Assembly (NCBI GenBank): GCA_013265495.1
Contig: MU058718.1
Location: forward strand, 3,858,081-3,922,080
Direction of reading: 5' to 3'
Source of the DNA: Vicugna vicugna
Taxonomy: Eukaryota
DNA length: 64,000 nt
Shown here: piece by piece, positions 53,268-64,000 of the stretch
How positions within the stretch are numbered: position 1 is the first letter of the stretch
How the letters are laid out: every line of letters begins with the position of its first letter
Notes under the pieces: model-generated
What the model was told of the DNA's origin: nothing
What the model saw: only the letters and a program-made list of their open reading frames with translations
Databases searched by the model: none
Program-made: the position numbers and the translations under genes

Positions 53268-53461
53268 CTAGTGGTGTCATAGTAAGTGTTTAGCAGCAGA
53301 CTCTTGGGGTGCAGAGAAGCCTGGTTTGTAGCAGTTGCCTGTTTCTGTGGTATAAATACTCCCACCACGGCCCATTCCAAAGTACCAACTTGATGTCATC
53401 CTGCTCACAAAATTCTTAAACGTTTATCATCCCAGTACAAGGCAGTTCCAGCATGCCCTGG
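53268..53461. mobile_element. MER63-like hAT-Blackjack element
   Basis: ctagtggtgt ... tggtataaatactcccaccacggc ... ccagcatgccctgg. Confidence 0.65.
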
Positions 53462-55309
53462 ACTATGATCCTTGTCTTTATGGACCAAGTTGTAATTTCC
53501 AGTAGAACAAAAGAGGAATGTATTCTTTCCCCTCCCACCCCACCTTCACTCACCTTTCTTTTTAATTTATTGTTTAATGCTTTTGGTTGAGTTAGATGCA
53601 TACCCTCCTGGTATAGCTAAGAGAAAGGTGCAAATGACATTGTTTTATCAGCCCAAATAGAAACATGTTCCTGTAATGTACTTATCGCTAAAAAGAAGCA
53701 TTTTAGGTCAATTTATTTAAAAGCCAAGATCATACTTGGCAGACAGCCCTAACTTGTTTTTGCTGGTTAGTATATAGAAAGTGTAGAGAAAGTCATTTCA
53801 TACAGTTATCTAATGTGAGTTTGCAACTACTTTCTTCTGTATGATGTATTAGGAGGTTACATTGCTCAAAGCTAGGCAGTCAGTGAGTTTTCTTGTGAAT
53901 TTTGAGGGGTCGAGGTAGAGGGGTTTTTGTTGTCTGCTTTGTCTTTAAATGCCAGAGGTATACTGCTCTACCCACTTTTAACATTGTCTAGACTCAATTA
54001 AGGCAGACCCAAAATTACTTCCTGAGGAGAGCCAGGACTCTGTCTGAGGGTAAACAGTCAAATCACCCTAGAGCAGAGATTGTCTTTATTAGACTTCCCC
54101 ATCTTCACAAATGATTATTAATCTACCTCCCAGCTGTGTTTATTGTTGGGGCCATGCCTTGAAATCGCAGCAGTTGTAACAATTAAAGTGATCCCCTATT
54201 CAACGACTCTTTTCATCTTAGTTTGATTTGTTATCTCAGTATCCTAATCCCCAAGGATGGTGCTTAGCACTTATCATCAGCACTCAATAAATATTTGTTG
54301 AATAAATGCATGAACATAGATTTACTGAGAAAAGCTAATTTTTGAAATGTTGCCTGAGGGACAAGCAGTTTAACTTATTCTGTAGATCTGGATTCTCTAC
54401 TATATGTGCTTTGGAAGGTCCACAAACACCCCAAAATAATGTGTAAGATTTTGTGCTTATGCATAGATGTGTAGTTTTTAAGAGAGAGGATCCATGGGCT
54501 TCCTGAAGAGATGTAGTTAATAATGACTACTCCAGATAATCTAAAATCTTCTCTTAGATTCCGCTAGACCATTCAAGCAATCTGAGTGGCTAAAATGAAT
54601 TGTTTTACCAAAAATGTTTTGCAAAAATGTCTTCACTTCTATTAGTAGATGTTAAGAGAAGTAGCCCTGTGAATGTTAAGAGAAGTTACACAGTGATGAA
54701 AGTTGTTTCCTGCAAAGATGTTGACAGAATTGTTCATTACGCTACTTGGTGTCCTGCTAATAAAGAACATACCACCTACACACATACACACATGCACACA
54801 CACACACATACACCAGTACCAGGAAAATTTCTCTTTGATCGTAGTTTAATTAATTAATCCTTTTGCTTTTTCTGAATTACTGACTTATTTTTATATCAGA
54901 AACACAGCAATTCACTAACTGGTGTTTTCATCTTCCCACTGGCTATGATAAAATGCAGAGCAAAATCTAGTCACTGTAGAACATGCATCTTTCTTTCTTC
55001 CCCATATTTACCCTTTGCTTCATTTTACTTCTGTAACTCGCCTTTCTAGAACTAGCTGAGGTATTAATTAAATATAACATTGAGCCTTTTTCAACTCAGT
55101 TAACCTTGCTTAAGACTTCTCTTTGTTCTTTTAAATTGAGGTACATATATTTTTGAGAAGATAATATAGCGTTACAAAATATAATTTCTGTATTAAATTT
55201 CAAAGATTTGTTTAAAATCACAGAATAAAGTCAAAATTTGTGTTTCTCTTCTAAGTTATAGTTTTTAAAGCATGTTGCATAACTGTAACCTTGTTTTTTT
55301 TCCCCCAAG

Positions 55310-55378
55310 GCAGTCAGCAATTAGATTCCATTCATGTAACACAGTTGGAGAGAGATACTGTTTTAGTGTGTTTAGATA
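55310..55378 (+). CDS. MAP4K5: MAP4K5 exon (69 nt) GSQQLDSIHVTQLERDTVLVCLD
   Basis: caag|GC ... GATA|gtaagt. Confidence 0.96.
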
Positions 55379-55607
55379 GTAAGTATTATTTTAAAATTTT
55401 ATTCTAAGTATACTACTTGATACAACATTTTTCATGGAATTGATGGATTAATCTGATAGAATCAAGAGAGTAGACTTTCACTTTTCTACCTTGAGTGGCT
55501 TGTTTTATTGGTGAAAAACCTAAATTGGCTACAGGTATAGTAATTAATTGATCTATTTGTTATTACTATCCTCTGTGACCTTTTTGTTTATTGTTTGGAA
55601 ACATTAT

Positions 55608-55930
55608 AAAGTTGGCCCTCTGTATCAGTGGGTTCCACATTCTCTATTCAGCCAACCATGGATTGAAAATATTCAGAAAAAAAAAATTCCAGTAAGTTCC
55701 CAAAAGCAAAGCTTGAATTTGCTGAGTGCCTGGCAACTATTTACATAGCCTTTACATTGTATTAGGTATTATAAGTAATCTCATGATGATTTAAAGTATA
55801 CAGGAGGATGTATATAAGTTATATACAAATACTAGAACATTTTATATGAGGAACTTGAGCATCTTTGGATTTTGGTATCTGAGGGTTACTGGAACCAATT
55901 CCCCATGGGTACATGGAGGGACAAACATAC
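55608..55930. mobile_element. MER2-like TcMar-Tigger element (second copy)
   Basis: gttggccctctgtatc start; same core as 45556-45861. Confidence 0.85.
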
Positions 55931-57838
55931 TAGAACAGCTTACCATAACCTTGGGATAAAACCTCTGTATAAAATTATTCTGTATAAACTGTTTTGAGGG
56001 TTTTAACACATAACTCATTGCAATTAATGAAAAATAGCAGGTTATACTAATATGGTCACTTACAGTCATATAACATGAACTTTTGGAATCATGTCAGTAT
56101 GGTATTCTAATGTACAAATAGATTTGACACCTCCATCTGGTAGATGTGATTCTTTGGATGCAGGGAGAGATGTTACTGATAGATGTGTGTGTTGTACTAT
56201 GTATGCTGTGGAGAGACAGAAAAAATTCTTTAACAAGAAGTATTTTCAGTTTTGCAAACAAAGCACTTTAATTCTTGAAACCCATCTTATTTTTAGGCAA
56301 CGAATCCTGCAAGTGAAATTTACCCACACTTGGAATTGTATTTGAAACTTGGCAATATTTGCTGTGGTTTGATTCATTCTGATATTTTAAAATTACTAGA
56401 CCTGCCCATAGATATTTAGGGTTATTTTTTAAATTGTTCCATTACTGAATTTGTATTTTTGTCTTAATTTTTATTCTCTAAAGGTTTCCCTAGTGAACTT
56501 ACCTTATAGAATCATGAAGATCATCTAATATTATAGATAAGGAAACCAGAACACAGTATGTTTCATTTGCCCATCATCCCTTCTTTAAGTACTTTTGATT
56601 CTTTGAATACTGATAAGATTGGAGTGTTATTTGGTAACCCTTAAGTGAATTTGATAAATTCTTTTTTACCCAAACAAGTAGAAAGCTCAGTACTGATTAA
56701 CCAAATAATCAGATAATCAAAATTTAATAATGTTGAACTTTTAACATTAAATCCCTAAATACCTTCTGAGTCATCCAAGGAAAATAAATTGTACTTAGTT
56801 TTCATTTTGTTCATTTATGTACTTTATCAAAAATTTTTCTTAAACCTTTGATTAAATAGGCCTTCTATTTCCCAATTATTCCTGGTAAATGGAAAGTTGA
56901 CTTTCTTGAGTTGTTTTTTTTTTTTTAAAAGGAGCAGTGTAAGATTTCAAAAATTACTTGTCAAGTATACAATACAAATCAGTCTTACTAGGCAGCAACG
57001 GAGGTGGGCCTGTAATCACAAATCATGGCAGACAGATGAGAAAGTAATGCAGAGAGAAGATTCTTCTAAGTCAGAGCTAAGATGGTTAATTAAAAATAAA
57101 TTAATGAAAGAAAATTATTAATGTGTGTTCTCTATTCCAGAGTTTTGCTTATAAAGAAATTATGACCCCTAAGAGTACTGTTTTTTTTCTCCCTTGTACT
57201 TCTGTAGAATATTACTCATATACTAAGTTAAGAAGTACTAGGTAATAAACATCACCCAGGTTTCTGGTTGGCCATACACGTAGGCATCAGTTTAAGACCT
57301 CAGCTGTAAAATACCATTTTTGTTAAATAAAGTTATACTGTTCTGCAGCATTTAGACATGGACATGTGGTCACATTTCAATAGCTTTGGCAACCATACTG
57401 TTAACATTAAACATAGCATACCACAGGAGAATAAAAAATAAGATTTAAACTGTTAAAAAAATAAAAGTACTGCAAATATTGTTTATAATACCTTATGTAA
57501 TTTGTAAGGGGAAAAAAATCAACATTTATTGCTAAATATTTGGGCACCAAGGTAACCACTATTAAAGACGCATTGTACTTTTAAAAAAATGAGAATGTAG
57601 GTATTCAGTATATACTATGTAAAAAAGAAAAATATGGCAGTGGAACTGCCATTTACTAAAGGAGGCTCTCTTATAGAACATGTCAATGAGAATTTTTCAC
57701 TGTGCATGCTTGAATCAAGAGAAATGGTTGAACTTTATTAAGAATATTGTTCCATATCTATGTAAAATCCACATATCAAGTTATGTTCATTTTAGCAAAC
57801 TTGTATTTCCAGTCTTGACAGTTTTTTTCTTTTTTAAG

Positions 57839-57931
57839 AATTTGTAAAAATTGTAAATCTACAAGGAAAACTAAAATCAAGTAAGAAACTGGCCTCTGAG
57901 CTAAGTTTTGATTTTCGCATTGAATCTGTAG
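57839..57931 (+). CDS. MAP4K5: MAP4K5 exon (93 nt) KFVKIVNLQGKLKSSKKLASELSFDFRIESV
   Basis: taag|AA ... GTAG|gtaagt. Confidence 0.96.
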
Positions 57932-58006
57932 GTAAGTCTCCTTTTTTAAATAATGCATTTAGAGTACTTGATTTTTTGTTCATTGTCTACTTAGGGTTAT
58001 CTAGAC

Positions 58007-58207
58007 CAGCACTGTGTCTCACAGACATTTCTTTGATTTAGAAATATTCTCTGTACTCTTAAATACAGTAGTCATTAACCACACCTGTTAAGTACTTGAA
58101 ACATGGTTAGTGCTACATTTTTATTTTAATTTTTATAATTTTAATTAGTTTAAAATTTGATGTAAATAGCCACATGTGGCTAGTTGCTATCATATGGGAC
58201 AGTGCAG
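58007..58207. mobile_element. MER3-like hAT MITE
   Basis: cagcactgt ... tagccacatgtggcta ... ggacagtgcag; TSD atctagac / atctggac. Confidence 0.8.
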
Positions 58208-60503
58208 ATCTGGACCATGATGAATCTTTTATTGTTGTTTCTTGAATATTTAAACATGAAATCATTTCTTAAGTTTCTGTTCATTGTTTCCTTTGCTGCA
58301 TCAAGTGAATTATACTTCATCTAATTCTTTCCCAGTCATGAAGGTATTTGTGTGTTGTGATTAACAGTGTTAGGTATGCTATAACTCTTTGCCGTATAAG
58401 ATTCTGGTTGAAGTGTGTTGATGGTTTTTTGCTTTTAGGTCTATAAATAACTAGTTTCCCACAGGACCTGAAAACTACTGTGCCATTTTAATTTGCTTCC
58501 TTGTCTCAATGAGTATTTTACTCTGTAATACTCATTGGTTTTATAGTAAAAATTATATTTTATTTGCATCCTCATTGGTTATATGTCAGTAAGTATTTTC
58601 CTCAGGGGTGATAGAACTTATGAAAAAAATATTGTGACTGGAAACATTTTGAACAATTTATGATATGATTCTACCATAAGTCAAAAACAGTTAAAACAAA
58701 GTTGGCAATTTTCATTTGGGCCATAAAAAAAAAAATCTGTATTTTACAATTGTATACAATTTTAAAAATGTTGTTTCTCATTATTTAGAAAGTTTTCTGT
58801 TTATTTTTTTAATATTTTAATGGCTTCTCAAATGGAGTTTTGACCTGTCGCAAAATACATTCATCCCTCTGAGTAAACATCTTACATAGAAGTAATTTGG
58901 TTTTGATTGGAAATTTTAATGTATTCAAGCAGAAAACCTAACCTTTCTTTAGATACCACGACAAAAGGAATTTTGGAACTAGTTTCTTCTTTTACTGCTT
59001 TATATGCTAGATATTGCATGCCAGTTTCTGATTTTAATGTTTTCAGTAGAGATTCCAACATACAGATCTTCAGATTCTCTTAATTTTAACTGAAACACTC
59101 TAGTCCCTACCTCAGCTTTTTCCTATGTGCCCCATTTTTTAGGGAATATTAGTTGTTACGTAAAAGTTCTTCTGAGGCTACCCATCTCTTCTTTCCAGCA
59201 AACCTTGAAATAATTACAAGGACCCACCTATGTAAAAAGAGTCCCTTTAAATCACCTTTTAAAAATAAAATCAGTAACTGGATTTTACTTCATGGTTAGT
59301 GAAACTTGTATGTTTTGTTATTGTAAAATACTTTGATTTTATTGAGCTAAATTATGTTTCCAGGACATTCTTACATTAACTTTTTACAGGATCAATATTC
59401 TAGTAAGAAATATAATAAATTTTAGTCATTTTCTCCTGTCACCTTTACTGGTATAGGGCTTATAGATAACTCTCCAACAATCAAATGGGTTCTCTCCCTC
59501 TCTCTTTCTCTCCTTCACTGTGCTTTAATGACTCAGCCTCCTGCCAGGAAGGACCCAGAGGCCCTGCTCCACCCCTCTGGGCCCCAAATTGGGGGTCATG
59601 CCACTCTGTTTCTGAACCACTCACTAAATGATCCCATGTGTGTCCCTCCATGGGCCCAGGCCTGTGCTTAGCACCAAACAGGACACAGAATTGGACAAGG
59701 CGCAGCAAGAACAGGTTTCCCTCCAAGACCTTCAGGCCACCCCAGGGGGTCGTGGGAGTGGCTGGGGAGTAGGAGGCAACATGGCATGTCGTGGGGTGGC
59801 CACACTTTGGGGTCATGTTCGTTCCTGAACCTAAAGCTGTCGGGAAGGTGGGCAAGTTTGACTCAAATCTGTGAACCATCTTGGGGCAATGGGGCCTACA
59901 GGACCAAGGCAAAGGCCCAGGGGTCTCTGGAGGCCTTAGAGGGCTGGGGCAGCAGCAGAGTGCTGTAAGTGAGAGCCCCTCTGAATCATAATTGGCTCAC
60001 AGATCATAAATATTCAATGTGCCATTAAATTTGGGATTATGAGACAGGTTTATTTTTAATAATTAAGTAATAGGGAAAATGTGAGCATAAATAAAAGATG
60101 CTTCCTTAATAGCTACTTTTAAATATATGACAGTATTTAAATAACCATGTTTTAATCCAAAAACCCAATTATATGTTTTTATTATTTTATTTACCTGAGA
60201 TAATAGATACTGTATAAAAGAAAAGTTAATATGCTGATATCTAGCTCATCAGAAGTTAGCCCATTGTTAAATAAATGCCTGTTATATGTATCTTTGAAAA
60301 CTTGCATGACCCTGCCTCAATGAATTATTTGAGCTTCAACATGACTTAGCCACAAAAATGTTGGGAACTAATGGTCTAGACAGTGGAATTATGCACCACG
60401 TACTTGAATAGCCTTACATCATCATTTATTAAAAACTGCTAAGGAAGATGTATAATGCACTACTCTGCTTTATTTTAGTTCCCTTCTCCCTTATCTTTTT
60501 TAG

Positions 60504-60574
60504 TATGCCTTCAAGACAGTGTGCTGGCTTTCTGGAAACATGGAATGCAGGGTAAAAGCTTCAAATCAGATGAG
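60504..60574 (+). CDS. MAP4K5: MAP4K5 exon (71 nt) [24 protein letters not shown]
   Basis: ttag|TA ... GAG|gtaagg. Confidence 0.96.
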
Positions 60575-61192
60575 GTAAGGCAGCTCAGATTACCTCCAGT
60601 GATTCCCACTAATAATTTTAAATATTGAAACATTCATTTTATGCATTTTCTTTCAGCTCACAGTGCCTTTAATGCTATGAACTGGTAGAACATAATTGCC
60701 AGGATTTTCCCTTCAAATGTTCAGTTTTGTATTTATTGTATAATTCTCAGTAGCCACAAGGAATTGTCCAACATGAGTTTACACAATTTCAGTCCTCTTA
60801 TTTGTAATTTACAAATATGGTTTCTAAGCTTACTAAACGTTTCTAAATTTAATAAGCTTTTTCCATAATCTATAAATATGCAACTTCTTTTTTAATGTTA
60901 TACTTAAAAAGATACTTGGTATTTACCATATCAAGTACGGATTCTGCTCCCTATTTTTAAGTCATCTTGCTTACCTATTTCTTTCTGCTTATGTTCTCAT
61001 TCTTTGACTTGGGCCTGGCTGTAATATTCATAAAGTTAACATTTCAGCCACTCTAGTCCACAATGATTGGAACGTTCTGAACTTAATACTCTAGCACCAA
61101 ATTTATTTTCTCATTCGGGTTTATGATTGCATCTTCTCAGTTAGACGGCAAACTCATTAATAGCAGACTATTTTTATACTTAATATCCACAC

Positions 61193-61660
61193 TGTCATAG
61201 TTTGGGTTCCTCCAAAAGCTGATCCTAAGACAAGGACTCAACTGCAGGTAGTTTATTTGGGAGTAGATCCCAGAAAACCAGTGCTAGAGTGAGGAATGTA
61301 AGATGGAGAGGGGCAGAATGCCAGTAAAGAGCAGGTTAGTAAACTGGTTCCCACTATGGACAACCAGGGCTTAACCCCTTAGGGACCACTGAGGAACAAT
61401 GTGGAACACACCTCAGAACTGACTCATTTAAATGTGGGGAGGCTGGTGTATTTATATACCAGCTGCTCTCCTTGTTAGTTAAGGGTTACCCCCAGGGGTA
61501 TAAACGTCCACACTTTAGAATAGTACCTGTGCATGGCTGAGTACCTTCTCTAGCTTTGGAGAAGACAGAGTGGAGGAATGCCACAGGTACACAGATGTAG
61601 GACATTGGTGCATGGGACTGTCTGCTGCTCTGCTGAAATGAGGTGGGCCGTGGGATGTGA
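61193..61660 (-). mobile_element. LTR16-like ERVL solo LTR
   Basis: tgtcatagtttgggttcctcc ... gtagtttatttgggagtagatcccag. Confidence 0.65.
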
Positions 61661-61669
61661 TAGAAAAGA

Positions 61670-61860
61670 AAGAGTAGGGCAGTGCCGTCCAGCTGACCTG
61701 TATTCAGATCTCGGGTCTACAGTCATATGACCTAAGCAAGTTACTTAACTTCTCTGTGTCTTAGTTTTATCTTTAATATTGTGGGAATGATAATACATAT
61801 CACAAAGAGTTCTTCTAAGGAAAGTGCCTGGCCCATACCAGATGCTCCGTAAATGTTGGT
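61670..61860. mobile_element. MIR
   Basis: tgacctaagcaagttacttaacttctctgtgtcttagtttt core. Confidence 0.75.
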
Positions 61861-62030
61861 TTGTTTCTACTAGTAAGCAGTCAAAAAAAACTTAATAAAT
61901 TTCTTTCATTTGAGGAATTAAGTCTATCAAAAATTATCATTCTGTTTAGTAATTATTCTAAGTGACTTTTAAATTATTATTTAAATAATGTGGGAACTAA
62001 AGTATTACTGATAAGTATCCTTTTTCATAG

Positions 62031-62086
62031 GTTACCCAGGAAATTTCAGATGAAACAAGAGTTTTCCGCTTATTAGGATCAGACAG
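62031..62086 (+). CDS. MAP4K5: MAP4K5 exon (56 nt) VTQEISDETRVFRLLGSDR
   Basis: atag|GTT ... ACAG|gtaata; probably the penultimate coding exon. Confidence 0.96.
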
Positions 62087-62175
62087 GTAATAGTTTGGTT
62101 GTTTTATTACCAAAGAAGTTTTAACAATTGTATTTTTAATTATATTGTCAACCTCTGACTGTGTTTCAAACAAAA

Positions 62176-62438
62176 CTTTTTTTATTTATCTACTTATTTA
62201 TTTTATTGAAGTAACATTTGTTTATAACATACTAGTTTCATGTGTACAACACTTTATTTCTACTTCTGTATACCCTACAGTGTGCTCACACCAAAAGTTC
62301 AGTTTCCTTCCATCACCATACAGTGAATCCCCTTTACCTGTTTCACTCTCCCTCCGCCCCCAGCTCTTCCCCATGGTAGCCATTCTGTATCCACGTGTTT
62401 GTTCTTGTTTGGTTTGTTCATTTATTTGTGTGTGTGTG
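62176..62438 (-). mobile_element. Short L1 3' end with TSD
   Basis: T-rich head ttttattgaagtaacatt; direct repeat tcaaacaaaa at 62166-62175 and 62439-62448. Confidence 0.8.
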
Positions 62439-64000
62439 TCAAACAAAATTCTCAAAGGGCTCAGGAACTTACAGAAATGTCCCAATATCTTTATTGAGAG
62501 AGAGAGTACAATGTTTTATTTAATTAGCCAATAAAGCAATCTTTTGTCAGTGTGAGGATCATGATTGTAGAGATAGTTGCACTCAGCTAAGATGAAATGT
62601 GTTAATGTAGGTTTTTATGTCTGTAGTACCATGAAGTAGTTCAGGCTCCTTGGTTTTTGTCATTTCTTCCTAGTATGTTAACTTCTATTAACTATTACTA
62701 TATAAATCCAACAGAATATGCACCTCCTTACATTTACTTTTATATCAAAAAATATTTGACTCATTTTCTGAGGTCATTCTAAATTAGAAGGAATTATGTG
62801 GTCTCTGTGGTCAAAATGAAAGATTAGTTCCAAAACTGTGCTATCTTATGAAAAAAAATGTATAGCTTTTGTTCTTCAAGTCTATCTTGTCTACCTCTGT
62901 AGTGAATAAAATACCCATTCTCCCTATTTTGCCACCAAAAGTAGTTACTGCAGCAAAATTGGCCATAGTGGTGTGCATTAGTCCTGAGGCAAGGATTGAG
63001 AACCTCTGATCTTCCAAGTTCAGTCTATCACAGAATCATTGCTTAAATATTACACACTTAAGGAAAGGGGTGGGGATGGAATTATGACTCCAGAAAAAAT
63101 TTTAAGAGGCTTTTGTGAGGGGAAAGATGGTTTTTGGCAAATGGCATCTACCTCAGTGAGAAAAAAAGGTAAGCCCATAGAGCATGGCCACCTACTAACT
63201 AGTCCTTCAAAAAAGAAGGACTTTGAGGACCACCTGGTAAATGACTCTGGAATGGGAGGCTCTTGCTTCTCCAGGAAGGGCTGACAAGAGAATTGTGGGT
63301 CCTCCAGTGATCCTGGCGCAGACAGCACTTAGTGAGACATAGGAGGAGAGAATTCTGCTTGATAGAGGGTACATACTAGAAGCCATTCCTCATAGTTACT
63401 TGTTATCGTTCCACCCCCTCCCCCGGAATTTTCTCCTTCATCTGTTCCCTTCTTTGTCTGTGTTGTTTCTCCATTCTCTGCCACTACTTTTTTTTAGACC
63501 ATTGCCTTGTTCTGGTTATCTTCTTACTTGAGCATCTCCTTGATTTTAAGATATACATATCTTAACCAAAGTTTTTGTTTTATCTTAATTTTTAAAGTAA
63601 TTTTAAAAGTTGGTACTGTTTAAATACAGATATTAGTGTCTAGGAGAAAAAAAGCTAAGTGTCGGAATATTAATAATGGTAAACTGCACAGTTGAATTAT
63701 AGGTAATTTTATTTTCACCTTCTTTTCTGTAATGCATAATTTAAGTACATATTACTTTTTGTTGTTTTCATTTCAAAAGTAATAATATGCCAGTTGTAGG
63801 AAATTCATACACTAGAAAATTATAAAGTGTATTTGCAACTTCCCCCCTCCCCATTTCCCCTTCTAGACTTTTTTCTCTGCCTGGGTATATTATTTTTTTA
63901 TTTTGTTCTCAAACCTGTCTTCCCCACAGTATCAATCCTATGATATGACACTTGATTGTTTTTTTCTTCCTATTGGTGCCTTAATGGGACTCTTTCCCTG

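Larger units (their letters stand above)
171..62086 (+). other. MAP4K5: MAP4K5 gene body (partial): 28 coding exons in window; 5' exons and last exon lie outside
   Basis: Manual splicing gives one frame with compatible phases, from [12 protein letters not shown] to VFRLLGSDR. It includes HRDIKGAN, DFG, GTPYWMAPE, PPPLPPKPR and a CNH domain, matching my recall of MAP4K5/KHS1 rather than MAP4K3. Confidence 0.98.

Noticed and set aside
54649..54696. CRISPR-like repeat-spacer pattern
   Set aside because: Only two units of a tandem duplication, in a mammalian intron with no cas genes.
56127..56143. CTCF-like motif (minus strand CTACCAGATGGAGG)
   Set aside because: Mismatches at core positions; cannot be supported without PWM scoring or ChIP data.
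59481..59912. 143-aa minus-strand ORF
   Set aside because: Expected by chance in GC-rich sequence; non-ATG start; no domain recognised.
171..62086. MAP4K5 pseudogene or non-canonical (U12, GC-AG) introns
   Set aside because: All junctions read GT-AG without U12 donor consensus, phases are consistent, and the catalytic motifs in the window are intact.

Overview
Mammalian genomic DNA, AT-rich. It is probably camelid, judged from a Vic-1-like tRNA-derived SINE and no recognisable Alu, Bov-tA/BovB, PRE-1 or Can-SINE. The whole window lies inside MAP4K5 (KHS1, a GCK-I Ste20 kinase) on the + strand. I could hand-splice 28 GT-AG coding exons (171-62086, 2284 nt) into one uninterrupted frame covering most of the kinase domain, the proline-rich linker and the CNH domain; the start and stop exons are outside the window. 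Introns hold a near full-length decayed L1 nested in an L2, several TSD-flanked L1 3' fragments, an LTR-less ERV1 pol/env remnant, ERVL LTRs, and MER2/MER3/MER5/MER58/MER63 DNA transposons. The best second-look items are a 3-nt microexon (47449-47451), an in-frame 57-nt alternative donor extension (38962-39018), an unidentified 360-bp insert with a perfect 17-bp TSD (18789-19148), a GC-rich foreign-looking block (about 59480-59990), a candidate poison exon, and inverted L1 copies flanking the CNH exons. I see no evidence for a wholly new biological system. Repeat subfamily names come from my recall of consensus sequences and need RepeatMasker confirmation.
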